64,000 nucleotides of DNA from an uncultured delta proteobacterium (GCA_963789265.1 CAWBKB010000007.1:320001-384000); one strand, 5' to 3'. Counted from the first letter of the stretch, positions 9,394 through 20,674 are shown. A program made the numbers and translations. Notes: generated by a model not told the origin, from the sequence alone.

Positions 9394-10197
9394 TATGATC
9401 TCTTTCCAATCCGTCTTATGGCGTATCCCATGTAGGAACCTTCGAGGTGATCGCTCTCCTGGAAGTCGAGTCGCCGCCCCAGTTCCTTGAAGGAAATCCT
9501 ACCCTGCACGCGGCGGCGGAAGTCCAGCAAGATGGCGATAGGATTGCGTCGGGGCATAATTCCCCGCATTTCGCTGTGTTCGAGACCGTGGCGTTCGAAG
9601 AGAGTGGCCAGTTCGACGGGCTTGATGAACCGCTCCCAAACGTGTGTGTCGGGCGCTGCGAAGGCCGTGGACGGCCACTCCTGCATGACTTTTATGATCG
9701 CTATCTTGCTTATGAACGTCCGATTGATTGTGTCGTAGAAGAACAGACCACCGGGCCTGAGCACCCGCGCAACCTCGCCGATCACGCGATCGACATCGTC
9801 CACGTGCTCGAGGACATCGCAGCAGGCAACATGGTCGAACGACCCTTCCGGAAAGGGCAAGTGCTCGCCAGAACCGGTTTGGTAATCGATGGCGAGCCCC
9901 GATACGACCGCGTGCGCTCGGGCAGTCTCGATGGTCTCGGGCGCTGGATCGATGCCGGTCACCTCAAAACCGACGCGGGCGAACTCCTCGGCAAGCAGGC
10001 CACCACCACAACCGATGTCCAGAAGCTTGCACTTCGCGCGCGATCGCCCGCTCACGGTCGAGCACGTGCTTGAAGTAGCTAAATCTGACCGGGTTCACGA
10101 AGAAGCGGATTGTGCTGAACAGGCCGACGTCATCGTCCCACCAAGCGTGGCCCAGGTGCCGGTAGAGGTCGTTGTCTACTTTCTGCTTCGATTTCAT
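9393..10197 (-). CDS. ubiG: UbiG-like SAM-dependent O-methyltransferase (frameshift near 10045)
   Basis: N-terminus VDNDLY...WWD...NPVRF..F joins LDIGCGGGLLAEE...DVLEHV...LRPGG..FYDTINRT..S. Confidence 0.85.
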
Positions 10198-10217
10198 CAG
10201 CTTCCTTCTCCTCTCTC

Positions 10218-10683
10218 TCAGCGGAGACCCTCTAAGAAAGTGCGCAGCTTCCTGAGGACCATCGCTGCGCTCCGCATCTCCTCGGTGCCGAGCACCGACG
10301 ACAGCGACCGCTCAAGCTCGTGAGTCCGATCGTGGATCTCCTCGAAGAGCCTTTGTCCCTTCGGCGACAGGTTGACGTAGCTGCGTCGGCCGTCCTTGGG
10401 ATCGGAGCGCCGGCGAACGAGCCGTTCTCGTTCCAGCACCTTCACTTGGCGCGTGACCGCTGCCGCGTTGACGCCAAGCTGGCGGGCGAGGTCCATAACA
10501 CCGACGTCGCTCGCAGCCAAGGCCAGTAGCCGCATCAGCGCAAACTGCGATGCCGGCATCCCGATCTTCCGCGAGAATCCGGCCATGAGCATGTGATAGG
10601 CGCGGAAGACTTCTCGAAGGAGGTGTGGCTCGTCACCTCGGTGGTGCAGCTTCTCCAAGGGGGTGGTTTCTCAGCTCGTTCAT
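10218..10683 (-). CDS. MarR family regulator (probable indel in the G-run at ~10660)
   Basis: LARQLGVNAAAVTRQVKVLE and DPKDGRRSYVNLSPKG; ATG at 10683 lies in an adjacent frame. Confidence 0.88.
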
Positions 10684-10689
10684 GCCACG

Positions 10690-10719
10690 ATAGTAGCATA
10701 CATCATTGACATAGTCAAT
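10690..10719 (-). promoter_or_regulatory. Sigma70 promoter with an overlapping palindromic operator
   Basis: Minus strand TTGACT-N17-TACTAT with TG extension; palindrome attgac-ata-gtcaat (10705-10719) covers the -35. Confidence 0.75.
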
Positions 10720-11209
10720 TATATTGTTAAGCATCCCGCAACCTGCCGCCGCCAGGACAGAAGCCGCGCCTGCTTGGACGGCCATCTGTTTCTCGTGGTC
10801 GAGTTCAGGACAATTGGGCAACGGTCGTTGCTTCGTCGCATAACCTGTTCCGTGATCTATGGAATGGCCCGCGACCTTCTTCAGAATTGTGAACATTAGT
10901 GCACTCGTTATGACCGGAGGGCTGCAGAAAATTTTTCCGGAGTCGCCTTTACAACGAATGGTTTCGCAGACGTTGTCCCAACAGGCTGGCTTCGGGATGT
11001 GGCAGTTATCGAAGGCGCATCTGGTATGATTTTGGTTGCCGGTTACGTGGTCACCTAGTGAGGAAGTATGTCGATAGATAAGGTCGTTTTGTATTTTCTA
11101 TAGGGATATGGGTATATGGGTCAAGTCTACTCTTGGCTCATGTCTGAATCACCTAACGTGGTCCGGACATGAGCCGTAAACAGCCCCACCCCGATCCACA
11201 AACCTTGTG

Positions 11210-11257
11210 CTGAGACGAAAAATCCCGCTCCGTGTGGTTTCCAACAGGGCGGGATAA
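11210..11257 (+). pseudogene. Last codons of a tyrosine integrase (LRRKIPLRVVSNRAG*)
   Basis: 14/15 aa identical to 38436-38483; the nucleotide differences are mostly synonymous. Confidence 0.88.
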
Positions 11258-11268
11258 TTTATCTTTTT

Positions 11269-11313
11269 TGGCTCCCCGAGTAGGACTCGAACCTACAACC
11301 TAGTGGTTAACAG
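11269..11313 (-). repeat. tRNA-Asn 3'-half duplicate (att site)
   Basis: 43 bp (11269-11311) identical to 38495-38537. Confidence 0.95.
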
Positions 11314-12224
11314 ACGCAAATTTAGGGAAGAATTATAATAATTTCAACAAAGTTTGTCGGAACTCGTTGCAAAAAAAACAGCACTGTCCATAACCGTCCA
11401 CGACTCATTCCCGCAAATGTCCCGCACAGAAAGTTACATGATATTTTCAAAAGTGAGGTGCGGAAGTTTCGTTGCCCCAGGGAACTCCAGCGCGACAGGC
11501 CGAATTGGGCTTCAATAAAACCAACCACTTACCGGAGAACATCAGTCATTCCAGTCCATCAGGATCCTTCTCAGTCCTTTTCAATTCCCGGGGTTCCGCA
11601 AGTTGGCGACAAGATGTGAGACAAAATTAAAGATGCCTGACTGTTACACAATATCAAGACCTATAAGGAGACGGATTTACCACGACAATGTGAGCCGCCA
11701 TGACCGCGGCACGGCCGACTGCTCACCAGTTGCAGATGGTGATGCTTACTCGTTTCGAAACCTTTAAGGAGCTTATTACGGTGTCGGCCCTTATTGACAT
11801 TTCCCACAATTGCTCCCTCGAGCCAACGCGGAGTGCGGCCGTGAGTCGATCGTGGCTCGGCTCTTTCAGTAATTTCATCTGCATCAATTCTAGGCTGTTC
11901 GTTATGTCTGGTTCCCTATCACTCCGACACGGAACTACGTACGTAACCCCACCTTGAAATACAATGGCTGTTTTCAGCAAATACATCCTTCGCTGTATTT
12001 ACGGCTCCTTGCTCCTCTGACATCGTAAAAATACGAAATTCACAACTACTAATAACCAGTAGAAGTAATTTGACCTCCAATTGAAGGCCCGGCGTATCCC
12101 GATCGTGGTGAGCGACATGAAAGCTGCCTAAAACCCGGAGAGGCGGACTCCAGCATGTTCCGTGTGGCAATAAACGTGGCCCCGCAAGTGCGGGAGCTGC
12201 CATCTGGTTATCCAGGAGGGCAAG

Positions 12225-13319
12225 ATGACTGCGAAGGTGTACTACGACCTGCGTGAACAGTTAGATCAGTATTCCATGGGATTTCCTTCAACCGAGTCCG
12301 GGGTTGAAATAAGGATCCTGGAAAAGCTTTTCTCCGAAGAGCAAGCTGAGCTGTATCTCAATCTCACCCTTGTGCCTGAAACGGTCGAAGAGATAGCCCG
12401 GCGAATCGGCCGACCGTCAGGCGAGGTGGCCGCCCTGCTGGACCGCATGGTCGACAAAGGCCTCACATTTCGGGCCAAGGAAGGAGACACTGCCAGATTC
12501 CAAGCGGTGCCCTTTGTTATCGGTCTTATCGAATTTCAGATCAAAGACATGGACAAAGAATTGGCGGAACTATTCGAGCGATACCTCTTGGAGGCTTTCG
12601 GCAAGGAGGTGGTAGCTCAAACACTCCCGTTAAGAACCGTGCCGGTCAACAAGTCGGTTGACCGTTTGTGGCCGGTGGCGCCGTACGACGACGTGAAGAG
12701 AATTTTTCAGACCGAAGACAAGATCTCTGTAACAAACTGTATATGCAGAGTGCAGCAGGGTCTTTTGGGCAAGCGATGCGACAAACCGTTGGAAGTGTGC
12801 TTCATGTTTGGAAAATACGCTCAGTACTATGTTGACAAAGGCATGGGGCGTTTCGTCACTCAGAAGGAAGGTCTTCAAATAATTGACAAGTGCGACGAAT
12901 ATGGCCTCGTCCCCCAGCCGTTCATTGCTAAGGAAGCAGGTGTGCTCTGCAACTGCTGCGGAGACTGCTGTGGAGTTCTGCGTTGCCTAAAGATGCACCC
13001 CAAACCCGCAGAACGGGTCCTGACCAATTACTACGCGGCCGTTGACCCAGATGCCTGCTCCGCATGCGAGACCTGCACTGACCGCTGCCAAATGGAAGCC
13101 ATTAAAGTAGGAGTTGATGAAGTGGCCAAAGTGGATCGTGACAGATGCATCGGTTGTGGTTTGTGTGTCACCACTTGTCCTAGCGAAGCTGTTTCGCTGC
13201 GATTGAAGCCGGAATCCGAACGCCAAGAACCGCCCGAAACAGGAGAAGATTACATCTTAGAACTGGCCTTGGCACGAGGGAAATCCGTTATCCCTCTCGC
13301 TATATCAACAAAATCCTAG
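12225..13319 (+). CDS. 4Fe-4S ferredoxin-domain protein with N-terminal helical domain
   Basis: CICR, CNCCGDCC, CSACETCTDRC and CIGCGLCVTTCP motifs; AGGAGG RBS. Confidence 0.9.
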   Translation: MTAKVYYDLREQLDQYSMGFPSTESGVEIRILEKLFSEEQAELYLNLTLVPETVEEIARRIGRPSGEVAALLDRMVDKGLTFRAKEGDTARFQAVPFVIGLIEFQIKDMDKELAELFERYLLEAFGKEVVAQTLPLRTVPVNKSVDRLWPVAPYDDVKRIFQTEDKISVTNCICRVQQGLLGKRCDKPLEVCFMFGKYAQYYVDKGMGRFVTQKEGLQIIDKCDEYGLVPQPFIAKEAGVLCNCCGDCCGVLRCLKMHPKPAERVLTNYYAAVDPDACSACETCTDRCQMEAIKVGVDEVAKVDRDRCIGCGLCVTTCPSEAVSLRLKPESERQEPPETGEDYILELALARGKSVIPLAISTKS

Positions 13320-13685
13320 GGTCGATCCTAGTTCCCAATTACATGCCTAACAGGCACACCACGTTTTCAAGCGATGAAGGTGAACAGTGGTGAGGACATT
13401 GCCAGGATATCTAGGAGCGTCCCCGTAGTTGAACAGCTACGACATCTAGAGATGTCCTTTGGGGAGGATTCCTTATGTAGGCATTACAGACCGATCGGCC
13501 CAAGAATTTTCCACAAATGACCATATATCAGAAGATTAACCCGATCCGCACCGCGGGGTCCTATATAGGCTTTCAGGAAGTCCGATTTACGTCCAGGGGA
13601 GTCAAAATAATGCACTCCTCAAAGAAGCTTTTGCTGGGAAGGGACTTCAATTCGGTTACTGCTGCGGAAAAGGGGAGGCATCCTC

Positions 13686-14489
13686 ATGTCGGCTATAGAG
13701 TTGCCCCATAACTCTCCTCTCATGTTCGAGGAAATAGAACCAGGTCTCGGCTTGGTCACCATGAACCGGCCTGAGAGACTCAACGCGCTCAACATAGCGA
13801 TGGTGGAGAGCTTCGAAGCCCTTTCCAGAGACCTCGCCGGTAATGATGACATTCGAGTTCTCATACTCATCGGTTCAGGGCGGGGGTTTTGCGCGGGAGC
13901 GGACCTGGTTGAAGTGGCCGCTCGTTCAGGTGATGAGGAATTTGCATCAGGGGACAAGTTTCTGCGCTTGGTGCAGCAAAGGTTTTCCAATCTCGTCCTA
14001 GCTTTCCGGCAGATTCCTCAGCCGGTAATTGCGGCGGTGAACGGACCATCTGCCGGCGGCGGATTCGCACTGGCCCTGGCGTCTGACATCCGCATAGCCG
14101 CCCCCGAAGCATATTTTTTGGCGTCCTTCATCAATATCGGCCTTTCGGGCGGAGAGATGGGAACCTCATATCTTCTGCCCCGCCTCATAGGCTTGTCTCG
14201 CGCATCGGAGATCCTCTATTCGGGCAGGCGTGTCGGGGCTGCTGAAGCGGAACGAATCGGCTTGGTGACCAAGATTGTACCGCTTGAGGACCTCCGTGCC
14301 GAGGCCATAGCTGTGGCACGAACGATGATGGATAAGAGCCCCAGCGGGCTGATGCTCACCAAGCGGGTCTTGAATGACAACGCTGCCGCTTGTTCGCTTG
14401 CCGCGGCCATGGAACTGGAAAACCGGAACCAAACCATAATGGTGTTTTCCAACGAATTCTTTAAACGAGTGAACGCATTTGTGAAGTAA
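13686..14489 (+). CDS. Enoyl-CoA hydratase/isomerase family protein
   Basis: MNRPERLNAL, FCAGADL, PVIAAVNGPSAGGGFALALASDIR. Confidence 0.93.
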   Translation: MSAIELPHNSPLMFEEIEPGLGLVTMNRPERLNALNIAMVESFEALSRDLAGNDDIRVLILIGSGRGFCAGADLVEVAARSGDEEFASGDKFLRLVQQRFSNLVLAFRQIPQPVIAAVNGPSAGGGFALALASDIRIAAPEAYFLASFINIGLSGGEMGTSYLLPRLIGLSRASEILYSGRRVGAAEAERIGLVTKIVPLEDLRAEAIAVARTMMDKSPSGLMLTKRVLNDNAAACSLAAAMELENRNQTIMVFSNEFFKRVNAFVK

Positions 14490-14597
14490 GAAACGTTTCA
14501 CAACCCGATGCATCGGCAAATCCGGTCCTTTAGGAGCTTTGGCCGTAGAGCTTGAACGTGGGTCCGCGAAAAACCTAAACAGTAGGAGGAAATAGCG

Positions 14598-15425
14598 GTG
14601 GAAAAGATGCTGGATGGAAAGGTGGCCATCATCACGGGTTCAGGAAGGGGCATCGGGAGCGCTGCAGCGCTCATGTTCGCCAGGGAAGGGGCGAAGGTCG
14701 TTGTCAGCGACCTCGATGCAGAGCCTGCTGAACAGATCGCGGCTGACATCAAGAGTGCCGGAGGTGACGCGATCACTTTTGTCGGCGACGTAACCGACCC
14801 TGGTTTCGGCGACGGCATCGTCAGAGCAGCGGTTGACTCATGGGGCGGGCTCCACATCATAGTAAACAACGCGGGGTTCACCTGGGATGCGCTCATCCAC
14901 AAGATGGACGACGAGCAGTGGGACAAGATCATTGACCTCCACCTGAAAGCGCCGTTCCGACTTATTCGAGCCGCCAAACCGTACTTCTGCGATGCAGCTA
15001 AACAAGAAGCAGGGGAAGGCAAGAAAGTAGCACGCAAGATAATCAACGTGTCTTCCGTTGCCGGAGTCAGCGGCAACGCCGGCCAAGCGAACTATTCCTC
15101 GGCGAAGGCCGGCATCATGGGATTAACCAAGGCAATGAGCAAAGAATGGGCGCGATATAACGTCCAGGCCAATTGTGTGGCCTTCGGATTCATTGATACG
15201 CGTCTCACCCAGGAAAAGGAAAAGGGGATTTCTGTTGAGGCAGGCGGCCAACAGATTGCCGTCGGTGTGCCCAAGTCTCAGCGAGACATCTTCATCAAAA
15301 TGATCCCCATGGGTCGGCCGGGCACGCCTGATGAAGCAGCAGGAGCAATCATGTTCTTCGCCTCCCCAATGTCGGATTACGTTTCCGGGCAAGTGCTGGT
15401 GGTGGGTGGCGGCTTCTCGATGTAA
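14598..15425 (+). CDS. SDR family 3-oxoacyl-CoA/ACP reductase
   Basis: TGSGRGIG, NNAG and YSSAK motifs; GTG start with AGGAGG. Confidence 0.93.
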   Translation: MEKMLDGKVAIITGSGRGIGSAAALMFAREGAKVVVSDLDAEPAEQIAADIKSAGGDAITFVGDVTDPGFGDGIVRAAVDSWGGLHIIVNNAGFTWDALIHKMDDEQWDKIIDLHLKAPFRLIRAAKPYFCDAAKQEAGEGKKVARKIINVSSVAGVSGNAGQANYSSAKAGIMGLTKAMSKEWARYNVQANCVAFGFIDTRLTQEKEKGISVEAGGQQIAVGVPKSQRDIFIKMIPMGRPGTPDEAAGAIMFFASPMSDYVSGQVLVVGGGFSM

Positions 15426-15460
15426 TGGCACCACACGATGAGCCATGAAAGGAGTACGAA

Positions 15461-16298
15461 GTGGCGCTCGATCTTAATGTGATGGGCATAAAATCAGATC
15501 CCATCGCGTTCACCTACACCGAAGACGATGTGATCCTTTATGCCCTTGGCGTCGGATCTGGAGCCGAAGAACTCGACTTTGTTTACGAAAAGAATCTCAA
15601 GGTACTGCCAACTTTCGCGGTGATACCCTTGATGCCCATTATTTTCCAATTCGTAGAAGCGGCCAACGTTAATCTAAAAGGCTTATTGCACGGTGACCAC
15701 AAGATCGTGCTGCACAAGAAAATTCCCAGAAACGGAACTATGTATAGCAACTGGCAGTGGACGTCAGTGTATGACAAGGGTGACCGAGGTGCTTTGTTCT
15801 CGCTTCACTCTGAAACTAGAAACGAGAAGAGTGAACTAATCTTCGAAAACTTTCTCACCGGTTGGGACCGCACGGCGGGTAATTTCGGTGGAGAGCCAGG
15901 GCCCAAGAACGAAAAACGAGTGCCTCCCTCCGGAGTAAAATCGGATTTCCGAGTCGAATACCGGACTTCACCCAGTCAAGCGGCTCTCTACCGACTAAGC
16001 GGTGACAAGAACCCTCTGCATATCGATCCGGAGTTTGCCAGGAAGAGCGGTTCTGGAAGAACCGATCCTCATGGGATTGTGCACGTACGGCTTTGCCGGC
16101 CGGGCCGTATTGCACAGCGTGTGCGGAAGCGACCCGGCACGGTTCAGATCGTTATCTGCGCGGTTCACCGCTATGGTCCTGCCGGGAAACACCTTGATCA
16201 CCGAGGGATGGAAGGCGGAAGGCGGGACATACATCATTCAGTCCAAGACACAAGACGGACGCATCGTCCTAGACAACGCCACGGCCGAAGTAGCGTGA
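15461..16298 (+). CDS. MaoC-type (R)-specific enoyl-CoA hydratase (frameshift near 16050)
   Basis: YALGVG, LPTF and LYRLSGDKNPLHIDPEFA, then PILMGLCTYG in the next frame. Confidence 0.88.
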
Positions 16299-16313
16299 GG
16301 GAGGTGAGTTAGA

Positions 16314-17460
16314 GTGAACCGGGTAATCAACACGGAAGAACATCGCATTTTTCGCGATGCCATTAGGAAGTTCGTGAGAAAGGAGGTTGTTCCCCATCTG
16401 GACGAATGGGAAGAACAGGGGATTGTGCCTCGCGGAGCATGGAAACAAATGGGGGAACAGGGGTTTCTTATGTCCGTGGATGGACGAGGAGTACGGCGGG
16501 GCCGAGGCAGGATTCGAATATTCGATCATGGTGTACGAAGAGCTGATCAGGGCCGGCGCGATGGGCTTCATGGTCGCGCTCCATTCGGACATTGTCGTGC
16601 CGTACGTGTATTCCTTCGGCAGTGAAGAGCAGAAGCGGAAATGGCTCCCCGGCGTGGTGACGGGCGAAGCGCTCATGGCCATAGCTATGACCGAGCCCGA
16701 CACTGGGTCGGATCTGCAGGCCATCCGCACGAGAGCGGTCAAGGATGGAGATTCCTGGGTCATCAACGGGCAAAAGACGTTCATTTCCCTGGGAATTTCC
16801 TGCGACCTTGTGATCGTAGTCTGCAGAACCGATCCTCTGGCTCAGCCCCCGCATCGGGGCATCAGTCTCATCGTAGTCGAAGATGGCACGCCCGGTTTCG
16901 AGAAAGGCCGCAAACTCTCTAAGATGGGGCTCCGTATGTCCGACACGGCTGAGCTCTCGTTCAACGATTGCCGGGTCCCCGTGGACAATCTGCTGGGTGA
17001 GGAAAACCAAGGATTCCTTTACCTGATGCAAAAGCTCCAGCAGGAACGCTTGGTTTGCTCGTTCATGGGGCAGGTTGCGGCGGAATCGATGCTGGATATG
17101 ACCGCCAAGTATTGCAAAGAACGGGAGGCATTCGGTCAACGCATCGGAAGTCTTCAGCACAATACATTCAAACTGGCTGAAATGGCCACCGAAGTGGAAC
17201 TGGGTCGAACCTTTCTCGACGACCTTCTCGCCGACCATATTGAAGGCAAGGACATCGTCAAAAGGGTGTCTATGGCCAAATGGTGGTTGACCGAGATGGC
17301 AAACCGGGTGGCGTATCAGTGTGTCCAGCTCCACGGCGGTTATGGCTTTATGGAAGAATATCCCATTTGTCGCTGGTATCGCGACATTAGAGCCTCCTGC
17401 ATCTTCGCAGGCACTTCAGAAATCATGAAAACGATCATCGGCAAGATGATGGGGTTCTAG
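16314..17460 (+). CDS. Acyl-CoA dehydrogenase (frameshift near 16465)
   Basis: IAMTEPDTGSDL, NGQKTFIS, QERL and QLHGGYGFMEEYP motifs. Confidence 0.92.
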
Positions 17461-17483
17461 TCGGAAAATGCAGGCAACGAAGA

Positions 17484-17813
17484 ATGAACATGGAGCACGT
17501 CCATGAAATCAACCAGGAAGTCCGCTCCATCGCCGGGGGATATATTTGGGAGCGAGAGGGGATACTTGAGTTAGACGGGCGGGAAGCACTTTACGTGGTG
17601 GGCAACGCCTTTGTGGATTCTTCCTGTTGCGGAATCGGTGGATGTCGCTTCGCCTACGTTCCTGGTTACGTTCGAGGACTTCGCATCCGGAGAAATGAGC
17701 AGGGTTTGTGGGTGTCAGAAGTGGAGCCGATCCATGACGATCAAACTAGGGATCGAATTAGGCGCCTGCTGGAAGACAGGGAGATAATCCAACAAGTTCA
17801 GTTCGGAGAGTGA
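17484..17813 (+). CDS. Hypothetical protein with SSCCGxGGC motif
   Basis: Fills the operon gap; protein-like sequence. Confidence 0.75.
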   Translation: MNMEHVHEINQEVRSIAGGYIWEREGILELDGREALYVVGNAFVDSSCCGIGGCRFAYVPGYVRGLRIRRNEQGLWVSEVEPIHDDQTRDRIRRLLEDREIIQQVQFGE

Positions 17814-17867
17814 ATTGCCCCAGGCCAATCAAAAATGACTTGGGAAGCTATAAAAGGAGGAATGAAG

Positions 17868-19315
17868 ATGGCAGGGATCGTTTCGTACGGTTGCTACATA
17901 CCGCGATACCGAATCGATCGGAGATTAATTTACAAGGCTATGGGCTGGCTTAACCCAGCCACTTTTCTCCCTGGAGAAAAAGCCGTGGCCGATTTCGACG
18001 AGGACAGTTTGACAATGGCTGTGGCTGCGGCCACCGATTGTCTTGGAGATATTGATCGCAACAAAATAGACGCAGTCTATTTTGCCACCTCAACCGCTCC
18101 CTATACCGAGCGGCAGGGCGCTGAAATAATCGCGACTGCCATTGATGCCCGATCGGACATCAGAAGCGCCGACTTTAGCGACACCCCCAAGGCCGGAACT
18201 ACAGCTTTATTATCCGCCTTAGATGCAGTCCGGGCCGGTTTGCAGGTAAGGTCATGGTATGCGCGGGCGATACGCGGAACGCCAAAGCCGGGAGCGCACA
18301 GGAAGAGATCTTTGGAGATGCTGCGGCCGCAATTCTTGTGGGTGAGGACGACTCTATAGCCAAATTTGTAGACTTCTATTCCGTTTCTTATGATTTTCCC
18401 GACCACTGGCGCAGCTCCGGGGAGCTTTACGATCATCAATGGGAAGATCGCTTCATTCGGGATGAAGGGTACACCAGGTTCGTGGTGGAGGCATTGAACG
18501 GTTTGGCTAACAAATGCTCTCTACAAATTGGCCACCTATCCAAGGTGGTTTATCCGTGCCTGTACACAGGGGACTTCAAAAAAATCGCACTGAGACTCGG
18601 CCTGGACCCATCTCAGTTGGTTGAACCTTTGCTGGGCCAGATGGGATATGCCGGCACGGCCGACCCACTGCTGCATCTGGTCAAGGTGCTCGAAGAGGCC
18701 AAGGCCGGGGACAGGATTGCCGTGGTTGGCTACGGCACAGGAGCCGATGCCCTGCTCTTCGAGGTTACGGATCGCGAAAGAGAGATAAGAGGAGCACGCC
18801 GAGGATTGACCAAAAACATAAATGCCAAAAGGGAACTTTCCAGCTACGAAAAAATGATCACATGGCGCGGCTTGCTGCAGGTCGAAAAGGGTGCACGCGG
18901 GGAAACGACGCCTTTTACGGCTCTTTCTCACTACTGGCGTGACCGCCACCAGATCTTAGGGCTTCGCGGAACGTGTTGTCGATCCTGCGGGACTCCACAG
19001 TACCCGGCCCAGCGAGTTTGCGTCAATCCTGAGTGCGGGAAAATCGATCAAATGGATACGTATCGGTTCTCAGATAAGCGAGGAAAGCTCTTCACGTACA
19101 CAGGTGACAACCTGGCCTTTAGCCCTAACCCACCAGTCATCTGCGGCATCGTCGATTTTGATGGAGGTGGCCGTTTTTGGTTCGACATGGCTGACGCGGA
19201 TTTAGATCAAGTTGAAGTTGGTATGCCGGTGGAAATGAGTTTTCGGAAGAAATACTTCGACGACAAGTTCGGCATCCACGGATATTTCTGGAAAGCGATC
19301 CCTGTTTTGGATTGA
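17868..19315 (+). CDS. HMG-CoA-synthase-like domain fused to DUF35 Zn-ribbon/OB-fold (frameshift near 18245)
   Basis: GIVSYGCYIPRYR, DEDSLTMAV and GDAAAA; C-terminal CRSCG...CVNPEC and GKLFTYT...GMPVEMSFRK. Confidence 0.88.
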
Positions 19316-19362
19316 GTATGCAGGTCGAAGGAGCACCCTTCCCTTGCAAGGAGGATAAAGAC

Positions 19363-20559
19363 ATGGCTGATGGCATAAAGGATAAGGTGGCTATCATCGG
19401 GATGGGTTGTACCCGTTTCGGCGAACACTGGAATCTCGGTGAGGAAGATTTGATTGTCGACGCGTTTACAGAGGCTCTCGACGACGCAGGCATTGAGAAA
19501 AAAGACCTTCAGGCAGCCTGGTTCGGCTCCTGTTACAGCGAAATCAACGTCGGCAAGTCCGGGAATCCGCTGAGTGTGGCTTTGAAACTCCCTTTCATCC
19601 CGGTTACTCGAGTCGAAAATTTTTGCGCTACAGGATCGGAGGCCCTTCGGGGAGCCGTGTACGCTGTTGCCTCGGGAGCATACGACATCTGCCTGGCCGT
19701 AGGGGCGGAAAAGCTCAAAGATGCAGGCTTCGGTGGGCTTCCCGAGTTTTCCACGGCTTTGGGAACAAAATACCGGATGATCGGCCCGAGTGTCAGTGCA
19801 CCGGGAGCTTTCGCGATGATGGCCACACGCTATTTCGACAAGTACGGCTTGAGCCCTGGTGAGGGCAAGGAAATCCTCGCCACGATCTCGGCAAAAAGTC
19901 ACCACAACGGCGCCAAGAACCCGAAAGCTCACCTTCGACGTGAGGTGTCGGTCGACCAAATCCTCAAAAGCCCTATGATCGCCTGGCCTTTGGGCTTGTT
20001 TGACTGCTGCGGGGTCAGTGACGGTGCGGCCGTGGCCATCGTCTGCCGGGCGGACATGGCTAAGAGCTTCAGGAAAGACCCTATATACGTCAAGGCCATG
20101 CAGATGGCCCTGAGTTCAGGTGAGGAGATGATGTATACCGAGTGGGACGGCTCGTACGTCAAGACCGCTGTGAAATGTGCGGCCAGAGCCTATGATGAAG
20201 CCGGCATCAAGAACCCACGTAAAGAAATTAGCTTGATGGAGTTGCACGACTGCTTTTCCATCACCGAACTGGTCACGTACGAAGACCTGGGAATTTCTCC
20301 GCGTGGAAAGGCCGGCAATGATCTGCGAGACGGCTTTTTCAATCTGGACGGCAAGATTCCATGCCAGCCCGACGGAGGCCTGAAGTGCTTCGGTCATCCT
20401 ATCGGCGCTTCGGGACTGAGGATGATGTACGAAATGTACAAACAGCTTCAAGGCAAGGCCGGAGATCGCCAGATCAAAGACCCGAAGATCGGACTTACCC
20501 ACAACATGGGCGGATTTCCCGCCATGAACCTCGTCAGCATCAACATTGTCGGTCTCTGA
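19363..20559 (+). CDS. SCP2-type/DUF35-associated thiolase
   Basis: VENFCATGS, ELHDCFS, GHPIGASG and HNMGG motifs. Confidence 0.93.
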   Translation: MADGIKDKVAIIGMGCTRFGEHWNLGEEDLIVDAFTEALDDAGIEKKDLQAAWFGSCYSEINVGKSGNPLSVALKLPFIPVTRVENFCATGSEALRGAVYAVASGAYDICLAVGAEKLKDAGFGGLPEFSTALGTKYRMIGPSVSAPGAFAMMATRYFDKYGLSPGEGKEILATISAKSHHNGAKNPKAHLRREVSVDQILKSPMIAWPLGLFDCCGVSDGAAVAIVCRADMAKSFRKDPIYVKAMQMALSSGEEMMYTEWDGSYVKTAVKCAARAYDEAGIKNPRKEISLMELHDCFSITELVTYEDLGISPRGKAGNDLRDGFFNLDGKIPCQPDGGLKCFGHPIGASGLRMMYEMYKQLQGKAGDRQIKDPKIGLTHNMGGFPAMNLVSINIVGL

Positions 20560-20674
20560 TTCCGTTTCGGCACGGTCTCGAACCGGTTCTCCGATCCCAT
20601 GAGAGACGCATAGGAAGGATGGCATTGGGAGGTATCGGCCCTCAAACAAACAGATAGGACATAAGGGAGGCCCC

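Noticed and set aside
8590..10800. Integron attC sites around the marR cassette (tctaac, gttaagc)
   Set aside because: No paired R''/L''/L'/R' structure and no IntI gene.
6996..11313. Additional functional tRNA genes
   Set aside because: Only 3' halves are present; the D-arm and 5' acceptor strand are missing.
11700..12203. Short ORFs at the island's left end
   Set aside because: No motifs and conflicting frames; possibly a decayed gene.
16468..17334. Long antisense ORFs (also 24133-24957, 55582-56424 and others)
   Set aside because: Shadows of well-supported genes on the opposite strand.
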